Source: Eledone cirrhosa (taxonomy: Eukaryota). From it: a stretch of 64,000 nt of DNA. The stretch is from positions 29,512,001 through 29,576,000 of the forward strand of contig OZ024758.1 in NCBI GenBank assembly GCA_964016885.1, written 5' to 3'. Position numbers and translations under genes: made by a program. Shown in pieces: positions 13,104 through 26,220 of the stretch. A model generated the notes under the pieces. The model saw only the letters and a list, made by a program, of their open reading frames with translations. It searched no databases and was not told the DNA's origin. Positions within the stretch are counted from its first letter, which is position 1. The number at the start of each line of letters is the position of its first letter.

Positions 13104-15682
13104 GAAAGGGATTGGTAGATAATGTAGAAGAGGCAATTAGAAGCGGCGCCGTGACCAGAGTGCTAGCGTCGAGAACGGCCCTGGGCCAGTTCTTCGACGC
13201 GAAACACGAAGGCTGCATCGTCCGAAGCAAAATACGTGCTCTGGGAAACGAGGGGAGCAAAGCTGCTAGCTGGGCCCGCGTGACAGAAGCCAAAAGAGGG
13301 AGCAGATACACTATCCGGTCTTTGCGAGACCAAGATGGACGGGTGATCCTTGAACCTAAGCAGATGTGCGAGGCTTTTCAAAAGCACTTAGCCGGATTGT
13401 TCGGAAGCGGCGGGGAGCCCGTTGGTGATGTGGACTTCGGTCCATACCTCGACGGCCTGCCGCGTCTCTCGGACAGGGAGGCGAAGTCCTGCGAGGAGCC
13501 GATTTCAGCCGCTGAGATAGAGGACGTGCTGAGCCAATGCGGCAAACGCAAATCCCCGGGTCTCGATGGTCTTCCATACGAACTATATCTAGCTATGCCG
13601 GACTTGTTCCCCAATCTCCTCGAGGCGGTCTACTGCAACTGGCAACAGAACGGGAGAATTCCATGTGCTGTGACCAAGGGCGTAGTCACGCTAGTGAGGA
13701 AGGACGAGAACAAGGGGGACGATATAAATAATTTCAGGCCCATAACTCTGCTAAATACAGAGTTACAGATTTTGGCCAAGGTGCTAGCAAAGAGGTTGGC
13801 GCTTGTCGTGGGTAACCTGGTGGGAGATGCGCAGACATGTGCTATCCCGTCCAGGTCCATCCACGACAACCTCCACCTCATGCGATACATCATAGAGAGG
13901 GTTGGGAACGAACCCGGCTTTGGTGGGGCCCTGATCAACTTGGATCAATCTAAGGCATTCGATAGGGTAATGACTCTAGAGCCACTGCTGCGGAAGTTGG
14001 AGTTGTTGCAGAGCATCCCGTTGGAACCGGGATTGCGGAAAGCGGTGTCAGCCTACGCCGATGACGTAAAAGTAATGGTGTCGACGGCCTCGGAAATCGG
14101 GGCGATCAGCACCTTACTGGAGGAATACGAAAGGTTTACAGGGGCTAAGCTGACCCGGGACAAGTCGATCGGTCTGCAACTCGGCACGTGGAGGGGAAGA
14201 TCGATGCCCTCCGATGGCGTCGTCGGGCGCTGGACGGAGGGCCTGGTGAAGTTGCTCGGGGTCTGGTTCGGACCAGACCTCCAGGTGGAGAAGAACTGGG
14301 GTGAGGTAACGAACAGGGTGTTTGCACTGACCCAGAAGTGGGCCGAGTGCAAACTGTCCTTAAAAGGTCGGGCGGAGGTGGCGAACACTTATATAGCGTC
14401 CGTCATCTACTACCGCCTGACCGTTGTGCCTTGCCCAAGGGAAACGCTCGCCAAAATGGAGCGCGCACTCTTCCAATTCCTTTGGAAGAAGCGGGCTCCT
14501 ATGGTGAGGAGATCCATCTGCTGTCAACACCCTTCGAAAGGAGGGCTGGGGATGTCGTGGCTAATGATACGTAAACACACATTAAGGCTACGGCACCTTC
14601 AGGTATGGGCCACGTTTGTGAGGCGAGCCTTTCCCAGACTCGTCTCACTCACCGAGCTGCAATCCTGGGTCAAGCAAAGACCGAGAAAACTGGGTGCCTG
14701 GCACACCGAGTGTGCCCAGGCGCTCACGGCTCTCTGGCAGGCGGACCCTGCTGTCAGTGGAGAATCCACCTCGTCATTCTATATAGGGCTGGTGGTTAGC
14801 AGGTGCGACGACGCCTTCGGAGAAGCCCTAGGCATGGAGGAAGACGAACTGGCCAACCTGTTCGGTAGGACATTCAGCCCGTGACCCATGGATAACTTCC
14901 AGAGGTCCCTGGCCTGGCAGTGCTACCGAGGGGCTCTGCCCGTTCGAGAAAGGCTCTATAGACACCGGCGCCCGGGTAGGGACCCCTCGAAAAAGATCTG
15001 TCCCAGATGCGTGTGCGACGAGGAAACCGTTGCACACGCATTGGTACACTGCTCGGGCATTGCCGATCTGTGGGGCTATGTCGAACAACTGCTGTCAAGG
15101 GTGGGACCGATCCGGTTGACCACTGAGTCTATTGTAATGATCAAGCCACCTCCCCTCTTCAAAAACGAAGGAGAGGCGGTGTTTCTGTGCGTAATAGCCA
15201 TGGCGAAAGAGGTTGTATGGTGGACGTGTCTGAAAGGACTGAGGTCAGACACCTTTCTCTCTGGCCAACAACTGGTCCGTTTCTTCCGATATCATTTCGG
15301 AAGAAGGATCAGGATGGAGAGAGAGGTGCTGCACCCCAGCCGTTTTTATGAAAGATGGGTGAAAGTGGCGAGAATGGCCCGTGAGAATGGGCCTTCACTC
15401 TACATCAGACTATAGGTGAGGAAGATGAAAGACCAAGGGAGCACCCCTTCTCTGTGCTCCTGAGGAAAAGGGTTGCACACTTTTTTTCGGGGGTGTGTGC
15501 GACCCCCCAAGGCGCCTCCTCTCTATTGAGGACTTTGTTATAAATTTTATTTTTTGTTATATTTTATTTTATTTTTATATTTTGTTATTGCCTCCTCCTT
15601 ATTGAGAACGCTTTGTTTTGTAAACTCCCCCCATTGTACTTGTCCCACTTTTGATGCCCTGGTGGCAAATAAAAAGAGAGTT
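13104..15682 (+). mobile_element. Tx1/L1-clade LINE, 5'-truncated copy A (dead ORF2: RT plus C-terminal zinc finger)
   Basis: KSPGLDGLP, RPITLLNTE..ILAKVLA, DQSKAFDRV, AYADDV, CPRC..ETVAHALVHC. In-frame deletion of the QGCPLS region at ~13969; TGA at 14882; 3' UTR with AATAAA. Confidence 0.92.
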
Positions 15683-15688
15683 ATCTAT

Positions 15689-18379
15689 GAAGAGGCACTT
15701 AGGAGTGGCAACGTAGCCAGCATGCTAGCGACAAGAACGGCCTTGGACCAGTTCTTCGCCGCAAAGCATGAAGGCTGCGTTGTCAAAAGCAAAATGCGCG
15801 CTCTGGGAAACGAGGGAGCCAAAACTGTTAGCTGGGCCCGGGTGACGGAGGCGAAAAGTGGCAACAAGTCCACGATTCGGTCTTAGAAGGACCAAGACGG
15901 ACGCGTGATACGTGAGCCGAAGCAAATGTGCGCGGCCTTTCAGTGGCACTTTGCTCAACTGTTCAGGCAGGGCGGCGCGCCGGGAGGGGCTATGAATTTC
16001 GGTTCATACCTCGACAGCCTACCGCGACTCTCGGACAGCGAGGCGAAGTTCTGCGAAAGGCCGATTTCAGCCGCAGAGATAGGGGACGCGCTGAGCCAAT
16101 GCGGCAAACGCAAATCTCCAGGTCTCGACGGTCTACCCTACGAAATTTACGTAGTAATGCCGGACTTGTTCTCCGGTCTCCTGGAAGCGGTCTACTGCAA
16201 CTGGCAGCAGAACGGGAGAATTCCCAGTTCTGTGACCAAGGGCGTAGTCACGTTAGTTAGGAAGGACGAGAACAAGGGGGATGACATAGGCAACTTACGG
16301 CCCATAACTCTGCTCAACACAGAGTTACAGATTTTGGCCAAGGTGTTGGCAAAGAGGCTGGGGCTTGTCGTCGAAAACCTGGTGGGAGAAGCGCAGACAT
16401 GCGCAATCCCGACCAGGTCCATACACGACAACCTCCACCTCATGCTCTACATCATAGAGAGGGTAGGGTGGATCAGTCTAAGGCTTTCGATAGGGTTGAC
16501 CATCGTTACCTCGATGTGGTGCTTGAGGCGGCAGGCTTCGGTCCCGTGTTCAGGGGCTGGATTGCTGCAATGCCCAACAGCAACATCTGCTCAAGGGTCA
16601 AGGTGAACGGCCACCTCTCGGAGCCGTTCCATATCACGCGATCCATCCGACAGGGATGCCCTCTCCTCCCTTCTGTACGTACTGACTCTCGAGCCACTAC
16701 TGCGGAAGTTGGTGCTATTGCAGGGCATCCCTTTGGAACCGGGACTGCGAAAAGCGGCGTCGGCCTACGCCGACGACGTGACAGTAATGGTGTCGAGCAC
16801 CTCGCAAATCAGGGAGATCGGCATCTTACTGGAGAAATACGAAAGGTTCACAGGAGCGAAGCTGAACCGGGACAAATCCGTCGGTTTGCAACTCGGAACG
16901 TGGAGAGGCAAACCGATGCCTTCCGATGACGTCGTCGGACGCTGGACGGAAGGACCGGTAAAGCTGCTCGGGGTCTGGTTTGGTCCTGACCTCCAGGTGG
17001 AGAAGAACTGAACGAGGTGACGGCCAAGGTGTTTGCGCTCACCCAGAAGTGGGCCGAGTGCAAACTATCCTTGAAAGGTCGAGCGGAGGTGGCGAACACT
17101 TTTATAGCGTCCGTCATCTACAACCGCTTGACCGTCGTGCCTTGTCCTGCCAAAACGCTCACCAAAATGGAGCGCGCGCTCTTCCATTTCCTTTGGAAGA
17201 AACGGGCTCCTTTGGTGAGAAGATCCATCTGCTGCCAACACCCTTCAAACGGGGGGCTGGGGATTCCATGGCTGACGATGCGCAAACACGCGCTCAGGCT
17301 GCGGCACTTCCACGTATTCCTCACCAGACAACCGGTGTGGGCCCCGTTTGTGAGGCGAGCCTTCCCACAACTCGTCTCGCTGACCGAGCTGCAGTCCTGG
17401 GTCAAGCAAAGACCGAGGAAAATGGACGACTGGCACATCGAATGCGCTCAGGCGCTCACAGTCCTCTGGCAAACGGACCCGGCGATCAGTGGAGACTCCA
17501 ATTCGACATTCTATAGAGGGTTGGTCCGCAGCAAGTGCGACAACGCGCTCGGAGAAACTCTAGGCGTAGAGGAGGACGAACTGGCCAGTCTGTTCGGTAG
17601 GACCTTCCGCCCGGGACCAATGGACAACTTCCAAAAGTCCCTGGCCTGGCAGTGCTACCGAGGAGCTCTACCAGTTCGAGACAAGCTCTACAGACACGGG
17701 CGCCCGGGCAGGAACCCTTCGAAAAATATCTGTCCGAGATGCGTCCGCGACGAGGAAACCATCGTGCACGCATTTGTACACTGCCCGGGCGTTACCGACC
17801 TGTGGGGCTATGTAGAACAACTATTGTCGCGGGTGGGACCAATCCAGTTGACCACCGAGTCCATTGTCATTGATCAAACCGCCACCCTCCTTCAAAAACG
17901 AGGGAGAGGCGGTTTTCCTATGTGTTATGGCTATGGTGAAAGAGGTTATATGGTGGATGAGGTTAAAAGGGCTGAGGTCAGACACCTTTCTCTCCGGCGA
18001 GCAACTGATTCGTTTTTTCAAATATCATTTTGGAAGAAGAATCAGGATGGAGAGAGAGGTGCTGTACCCCAGCAAATTTTATAAAAGGTGGGTGAATGTG
18101 GCAAAGATGGCTCGAGTGGTTGGGCCTTCTCTCTATATAAGCCTGTAGGTTGAGGAAAAAGAGGAAGAGAGGAAGGGAGTACTCACTCTTGGTGCTCTTG
18201 GAGATGAGGGTTGTACATTTTTTCGGGGTGTGTACAACCCCTGTGTAACGCCTCCCCCTATTGGGGATTTCAATTGTTATTTGTTATTTTATTAATAGTT
18301 TTATTTTCATATACCTGTATGTAAACTCCCCATTTGTATTTGTCCCCTTCTTTTGTGCCCTTGGGGCTAATAAAGAAAT

Positions 18380-18380
<1 letters not shown>
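15689..18380 (+). mobile_element. Tx1/L1-clade LINE, 5'-truncated copy B (stops and frameshifts)
   Basis: Same motifs including RQGCPL and AYADDV; ends AATAAAGAAATT followed by (TATC)n. Confidence 0.92.

Positions 18381-18434
<54 letters not shown>
18381..18434. repeat. (TATC)n between Tx1 copies B and C
   Basis: Read directly. Confidence 0.95.
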
Positions 18435-20501
18435 AGATTTTGGCCAAGGTGTTAGCAGCGAGGCTGGTGCTTGTCGTCGAGAACCTGGCAGGGGAAGCGC
18501 AAACGTCTGCAATCCCGACCAAGTCCATACACGACAACCTCCACCTCATGCGATACATCATAGAGAGGGTAGAGTGTAAACCTGGCTTCGGTGGGGCTCT
18601 GATCAATTTAGATCAGTCTAAGGCATTTGATAGGGTCGACCATCAATACTTGGAGGCGGTTCGCAAGGCGGTCGGCTTCGGTCCCGTCTTCAGAGGCTGG
18701 ATCGCTGCCATGCACAGCAACATCTACTCGGCAGTCAAGGTGAATGGCTACCTATCGGAGCCATTCCAAATCATGCGTTCCATCCGTTAGGGATGCCCTC
18801 TCTCCTCAATTCTGTATGTACTGACTCTCGAGCCATTACTGCGGAAGTTGGAGCTGGTGCAGGGCATCCCGATCGAACCAGGACTGCGGAAAACAGCGTC
18901 GGCCTCTGCCGGCGACATAACCGTAGTGGTGTCGAAAACCTCGGAAATCGGCAACCTATTACAGGAATACGAAACGTTGATAGGAGCAAGACTAAACCCA
19001 AACAAGTCTGTCGGTTTGCAACTCGGCACATGGAGAGGCAAACCCATGCCTTCCGACAGTGTCGTTGGACTCTGGACGGAAGGACCGGTGAAATTGTTCG
19101 GGGTCTGGTTTGGTCCAGACCTCCAGGTGGACAATAACTGTAACGAGGTCACGGCGAAGGTGTTTGCACTCACCCAGAAGTGGGCTGAGTGCAAACTCTC
19201 CTTGAAAGGTCGAGCGGAGGTGGCGAATACTTACATAGCGTCCGTCATCTACTACCGCTTGACAGTCGTGCCTTGTCCCCGCGAATACCTCACCAAAATG
19301 GAACGCCTACTCTTTAAGTTCCTCTGGTGAGAAGATCCATCTGCTGTCAACACCCTTCTAACGGAGGGCTGGGCATGCCGTGGCTGATGATGCGCAAACA
19401 TGCGCTGAGGCTACGCCATCTCCAGGTATTCCTGACCGGTGAACCGGTGTGGCTGTCGTTTGTGAGACAAGCTCTTCCACAACTCGTCTCACTAACAGAG
19501 CTGCAGTCTTGGGTCAAGCGAAGACCGAAAATGGGTGCTTGGCACCTCGAGTGCCTTCAGGCGCTCACAGCCCTCTACCAAGCGGAAACGGCAATCAGCG
19601 GAGACGCCACTTCGACATTCTATAGGGGATTAGTGGAGGATAAGTGCGACGACGTTCTCGGGGAAACTCTAGGCATCGAGGAGGACGAACTGACCAGTCT
19701 GTTCGGGAGGACTTTCCGTCCAGGGTCTATGGATAACTTCCAGAGGTCTCTGGCCTGGCAGTGCTACCGAGGAGCTCTACCAGTTCGAGTCAAAATCTAC
19801 AGACACGGAGGCCCTGGCAGAGATCCTGCCAAAAGGACCTGTCCAAGATGCGAGCAGGACATCGAAACCGTTCTGCACGCAATTGTTCAGTGCCCAGGGG
19901 TGACCGACCTGTGGAATTATGTCGAACAGCTACTGTCACGTGTGGGACGCATCCAGTTGTCAGCCGAGTCCATTGTGAGGATCAACCTGCCGCCTTCATT
20001 TAATAATGTAGGAGAGGCGGTTTTCCTCTGTCTGGTGGCTATGGCGAAAGAGGCAATATGGCGGACGAGGTTAAAAAGACTGAGGGCAAACACCTTTCTC
20101 TCCGGACAACAACTTATCCCCTTCAGAAGGAAGGTGAGAGTGGAGAGAGAGGTGCTACACCCCAGTAAATTCGCTGAAAGGTGGGTGATGTGGCGAAAAT
20201 GGCCCGAATGAATGGCCCGAATGAATGGGCCTTCTCTGTATATAAACCTGTAGGTTGAGGAAGATAAACAGGGGGAAGACAGGAACACCTACAAAACGTG
20301 TTCCTGGTGTTGAAGGTTGTTCTATCCACGGGGTGTAAAACAACCCTGCAGTAACGTTCCCCCCTACTGGGATTTTAATTGTTATTTTATTATATATAGT
20401 TTATTGTTATTTATTAATGTTAAAGTTATATGATTTTTATGTAAAACCTCCGCCGTCACGTCTTGTAATGTCCCATTTTTGTACGCCCCTGTGGCAAATA
20501 A
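18435..20501 (+). mobile_element. Tx1/L1-clade LINE, 5'-truncated copy C
   Basis: Starts at ILAKVLAARL; YADD decayed to SAGD; CPRC..ETVLHAIVQC; 3' UTR ends GTGGCAAATAA. Confidence 0.9.
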
Positions 20502-20945
20502 TTCCGCATTTTGTTACCGTAAGGCTGCAGATTGGTTTGTGTATATTTGTTCCAGTGAGAATATGTTTTAGTGATTTTGGTTGATTTCTGCATTTAATGA
20601 TCTTGTGTGTTTCTAGGATTTTTTTAAATTTTTTCATCTTTAACTAGAATGGGGTGGTTTTTGTGTAGGAGGTCGAACATTTCAGTGTTTATAGGGTTGA
20701 ACGTGGATACATATGGTAAGGTATACATATTCTGTGCTTTGGGTAGTTGGGTTGATGAAAATTTGCGTGTTTTGCTTTGTCTATTCCGTTATTAATTATG
20801 TCAAGTGGGAAGGCTCTTATGGTAAGTGTATTTTTGAGTTCATTTAGTCTTTGTTCCCCTTTAGCTGGGTCTGATACTATGGTGCATATACGTTTGGCTA
20901 AATTAAAAGGAATGTTAAGTTTTGTATGTTTTGGGTGATGTGGAA
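20502..20945 (-). mobile_element. Penelope-like element fragment, RT thumb/linker (paralogue ~41041-41485)
   Basis: HHPKHTKLNIPFNLAKRICTIVSD..RLNELKNTL..RAFP and QPKSLKHILT match the PLE HPxH...IP...RI...L..L...RGYP pattern. Confidence 0.7.
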
Positions 20946-21539
20946 CCACGGTGCATATTTTCGACCTTCACCCATTATCATGCCGTTACAGTTTCAGTCG
21001 CCTCCCGTGCCGTTAACAACAAGGTCATTAGGGGTGGCTTTGGACGCCACTTGCTTCCTTTCACAGCGAGAGCCGGTGGGGCTTGACCGAATGGACGGCA
21101 CAATCTTTTCGTTCCTCGGTGGGAAGCCCCTCATGTAGGACACAACATGTAGCGACACTTTCTCCAGCAGTAACCTGATGCATCTGACGACAGACCCGAC
21201 GAGCTGAAGATCGCAAGCTGTTGAAGTATCGGCTGCTTTCCGATAGATTTGTTGTACGTGTAGCGATGGAGAATTCTGGCGTTCTTGGTCACCGAACCAC
21301 CTTCCTACTTACTGCTACCAGGGATGGGGGTGTCACCCGCAGGACTAAGCCTCGCATCTTGAAATTTCAACGCGTCCCCCTCGTTATCCTCCACGGTAAC
21401 GCTTTCCAATCCTGGCTGCTGGGACAATGAGGCCTCTTGTCCCTGCAGTTCTGCATACCAAAGAGAGCATTGCCCCACATTCTCCGGGCTTGTACCATTG
21501 GGGAGTGGTAAGATAGGTTGCTGATATCTACATCTATCG

Positions 21540-21615
<76 letters not shown>

Positions 21616-22402
21616 ACATAATTATGACTAATTACGGCCAAGAAATACAATTTGCGACTTATTTTCTATTCTCTTTGGTGAGAAAGTGAAAGAAGGAACA
21701 GGATATTGAAATGCATCTGTTTACTGGGGGTCACCAAGAAAATAAAAGTGAGGAAATCAACAGAGGACAGGGCAACGGACGAAAACCAGGCTAAATGAAA
21801 AACAATTTTTCAAGGAGAAACGTTAAAAAATTATTTTTTGAAAATAAAAATACAAACGAGAGACACAGAACTCCAGGACCATCGACACTTGAAATGGACT
21901 TGGCAGTTTCGACCCCTACCAACAGTACTGGTGTACCAGCTGGGATCGTTGCCAAGGTTGGATTTAGATCTTGGAAGGGGGGGGGGGGGACTCATACACC
22001 AACAATTAGAATATACCCCCCCCCCAAAAAAATAAATGTACATATCAATGTTAGCTTAGCGCAAATAATTGGAAGTGAAAACTTATACATACAGGTATTA
22101 AAATAAAAAAAACTCTAACCATCGTAGAACTAAAAAGCCCAGTCAAGGTCACAAATAAATTGCAACGGCCGTCGGGGGCAGTTGACCCCTTAGATCCCCA
22201 TCATCCGGCTTTGGTCAGGTGTCTGACACAAGTCAAAACGCTGTCCTATGGAGGCAAGGAGCAACTTATAGCAATTAAGTTATGGCAAGTACAAACAGAA
22301 TTTCACTGCCTTGCACTGGGTTTCGGAATTTACAGTTTCAAGTGATCGTCAGGTCTGTTTGAGTTGACGACGGTATCACTGTCCCCTAATATACAGCTGA
22401 TC

Positions 22403-22490
<88 letters not shown>

Positions 22491-22600
22491 CATAAATATA
22501 TATATATACATATATATGTATATATATATATATATATATATACATATATATGTATATATATACATATATATATATATGTATAATATGTATATATATATAT

Positions 22601-22632
<32 letters not shown>

Positions 22633-22688
22633 GCATATACATATATATGCATATATATATATATATACATATATATACATATATATGC

Positions 22689-22719
<31 letters not shown>

Positions 22720-22791
22720 TGCATATACATATATATGCATATACATTTATATGCATATATATACATATATATGCATATATATATAGGTATA

Positions 22792-22836
<45 letters not shown>

Positions 22837-22844
22837 TATTGATA

Positions 22845-22904
<60 letters not shown>

Positions 22905-22931
22905 CGCATATATATATGGATATACATATAC

Positions 22932-22962
<31 letters not shown>

Positions 22963-22985
22963 TACGCATATATATATGGATATAC

Positions 22986-23044
<59 letters not shown>

Positions 23045-23215
23045 CATATATATATATATGTATATATATACATATGTATATATATACATATATATATATA
23101 CATATATATATACATATATATATATACATATATATGTATATATATATACATATATATACATATATATATACATATATATGTATATATATACATATATATA
23201 TATATATGTATAATA

Positions 23216-23248
<33 letters not shown>

Positions 23249-23266
23249 GCATATACATATATATGC

Positions 23267-23322
<56 letters not shown>

Positions 23323-23340
23323 GCATATACATATATATGC

Positions 23341-23379
<39 letters not shown>

Positions 23380-23475
23380 CATATATATACATATATATGC
23401 ATATACATATATATGCATATATATATATATACATATATATGCATATACATATATATGCATATATATATAGGTATA

Positions 23476-23520
<45 letters not shown>

Positions 23521-23675
23521 CATTAACAGAGAAAGCCATTAGCGATACTCCGATCAATTTCCAACTCACTCAACAGACATTAGGAAATACCTGAGTATAT
23601 TCCCAATTATACGTTTGGGGTAGTAACTATATTGTATTGTGTGGATAATCGGCTGTATATGTATATATATGTATG

Positions 23676-23709
<34 letters not shown>

Positions 23710-23722
23710 TATATATATATGC

Positions 23723-23779
<57 letters not shown>

Positions 23780-24622
23780 TAATGTAGGAGGTGAGTTTTA
23801 TTGTAGTACAATAAAGCAATGCAGATATCGGTTAAGAAGCACTCTACAGTTTGTAGGACTGGAGTATATATAATATATAAGAACAAAAGATGGTTAAAAG
23901 AGTTCCATGTATTTTATTATGCGCATTTCAAAAACAAATATCATCATGCAATAATATTTGTGTTTTCATCAGATAAAACAGGAAGACATGATATGAAAAC
24001 ACAAATATTATTGCATGATGATATTTGTTTTTGAAATGCGCATAATAAAATACATGGAACTCTTTTAAGCATCTTTTGTTCTTATATATTATATATATAT
24101 ATATATATGCATATATATATATATGCATATATATATATTTATTTATGCATATATATATATGCATATATATATGTTTATATATGCATATATATATATATGC
24201 ATATGCATATATATATATTTATATATGCATATATATATATAGAGAATATTTCTCTCTCTTGAGTTTCTCTTTCCGTATGATGACTTGATATCTCTCTGTT
24301 GCTTTCCTTTGTTTTTCTTATTCCTTTGTTTTTCTTATTCCTTCCTTTTCTTTCTTTTTTATTTCCTCCTATCTTTATCTATCTCTTTCTTTTCTCCATA
24401 CTTTTCTCTCTGTCTCCGATATTTCTCCAGGTTTTCTTTCTCTTTTTTTTCTCTCTCTCTCTCTGTCTTTGTTCTTTTCTCTTTCTTTCTCTCCGTCTTT
24501 TTCTAATTGTGCTTAACACTATGACTTATTATATGAACAAATCACTATCCAGACAGCCTCCAAAAGTAATGGTTGTATTTTAAAGGGTACCTCAAACCTA
24601 TTTGTAAAACTGTTATACATTG

Positions 24623-24687
24623 TATTTTGTCTGATGAAGGCATACCATAATTTAATGTGGTATCCCTGAAATATGTATAATGAAATA
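24623..24687 (+). ncRNA. Minimal hammerhead ribozyme candidate, copy 2
   Basis: As 3399-3463 but stem II closes with A-U (CTGATGA AGG...CCT GAAA). Confidence 0.72.
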
Positions 24688-24815
24688 AATATGGTTTTAT
24701 AAATATAGTTTCCATTTAATAATATCGTATATCTACTCCAAAAATTTGTCGAGTGCTTTATATCAGTTATAAAAATATTTACTTGTTGTATCCCAACAAT
24801 TTTAAATAGAACTTT

Positions 24816-24878
<63 letters not shown>

Positions 24879-25028
24879 TATAAACAACTATAAACAGGAA
24901 AGGATAGTAATTGAATAGGAGGTTAATTATATGTACAAACATTGCTAATGCACCGATGACTCAAACGAAAGTTTGGAAGAAACGATTGTCAGCAATTAAA
25001 TGATTTGAACATAACTTTGTTAATTGTG

Positions 25029-25084
<56 letters not shown>

Positions 25085-25175
25085 TGAAATTTCCGTTGGA
25101 AACAGAAAAGGTCATAGAAGTGAAGAGTGCTCTATGTAAGTATCAGAGCAAAATTTAATGTAGAAAAATCAATAC

Positions 25176-25256
25176 AATATAATTACCTCATTACCGGAGG
25201 TTTCCCGAATGAGGTGAATACGAAAGAAACGTCTTCATTCGTTCGTCAGACGAATA
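25176..25256 (-). ncRNA. Hammerhead-like motif in a copy-2-specific ~175-bp island within (TA)n
   Basis: Minus strand reads CTGACGA-ACGAATGA...TCATTCGG-GAAA-CCTC-CGGTAAT-GAGG-TA. A.G mismatch at the stem II closing pair; weak stem I. Confidence 0.55.
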
Positions 25257-25296
25257 TATATATATATATTTATATATATATTTATATATATATTTA

Positions 25297-25400
<104 letters not shown>

Positions 25401-25786
25401 TATATATATATATTTATATATATATATTTATATATAACCCCACTGATAGTGGGGTTTATAACCCTCGGAGAAATGGAAAAAGATGGTTATCCAGACCACT
25501 GTGCTACCATTACACCAATACACATCCCATCTCCTTAAAGATGTGGGTTCGACTCCCATGTACGGCAACACTCATCTTTTTCCATTTCTCCGAGGGTTAT
25601 AACCCCCACTATCAGGCTAGAAATTTCTTTAGCCTAAAATACGGTGAAAGCTTATAATTTCTAATTTCTAATTTCAAACTCGTGCACCGTTTCAAAAACA
25701 TACTTACATGTTTACGTTTATAATTTGCTTGTTTATCATTCACTTGCTAAGTTCATAGCTTCTAATTCGAATGGAAGGAGATGGGG

Positions 25787-25857
25787 TGTGTATTGGTGTA
25801 ATGGTAGCACAGTGGTCTGGATAACCAAAGATGTGGGTTCGATTCCCATGTACGGCA
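25787..25857 (+). tRNA. tRNA-like sequence, copy 2
   Basis: A and B boxes, TGGT-CTGGATA-ACCA arm, downstream TTTTT. Confidence 0.5.
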
Positions 25858-26012
25858 ACACTCATCTTTTTCCATTTCTCCGAGGGTTATAACCCCCACT
25901 ATCAGGCTAGAAATTTCTTTAGACTAAAATACGGTGAAAGCTTATAATTTCTAATATATATATATATATTTATTTATATATATATATATTTATATATATA
26001 TATATATACATT

Positions 26013-26043
<31 letters not shown>

Positions 26044-26044
26044 T

Positions 26045-26079
<35 letters not shown>

Positions 26080-26116
26080 TTATATATATATTTATATATA
26101 TATTTATATATATATT

Positions 26117-26167
<51 letters not shown>

Positions 26168-26183
26168 ATATATTTATATATGC

Positions 26184-26220
<37 letters not shown>

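Noticed and set aside
9866-13122. HT/VC-rich and LPTY-repeat ORFs (also 34.2-37.6 kb)
   Set aside because: Products of (GT)n and (TACC)n repeats that lack stop codons by construction.
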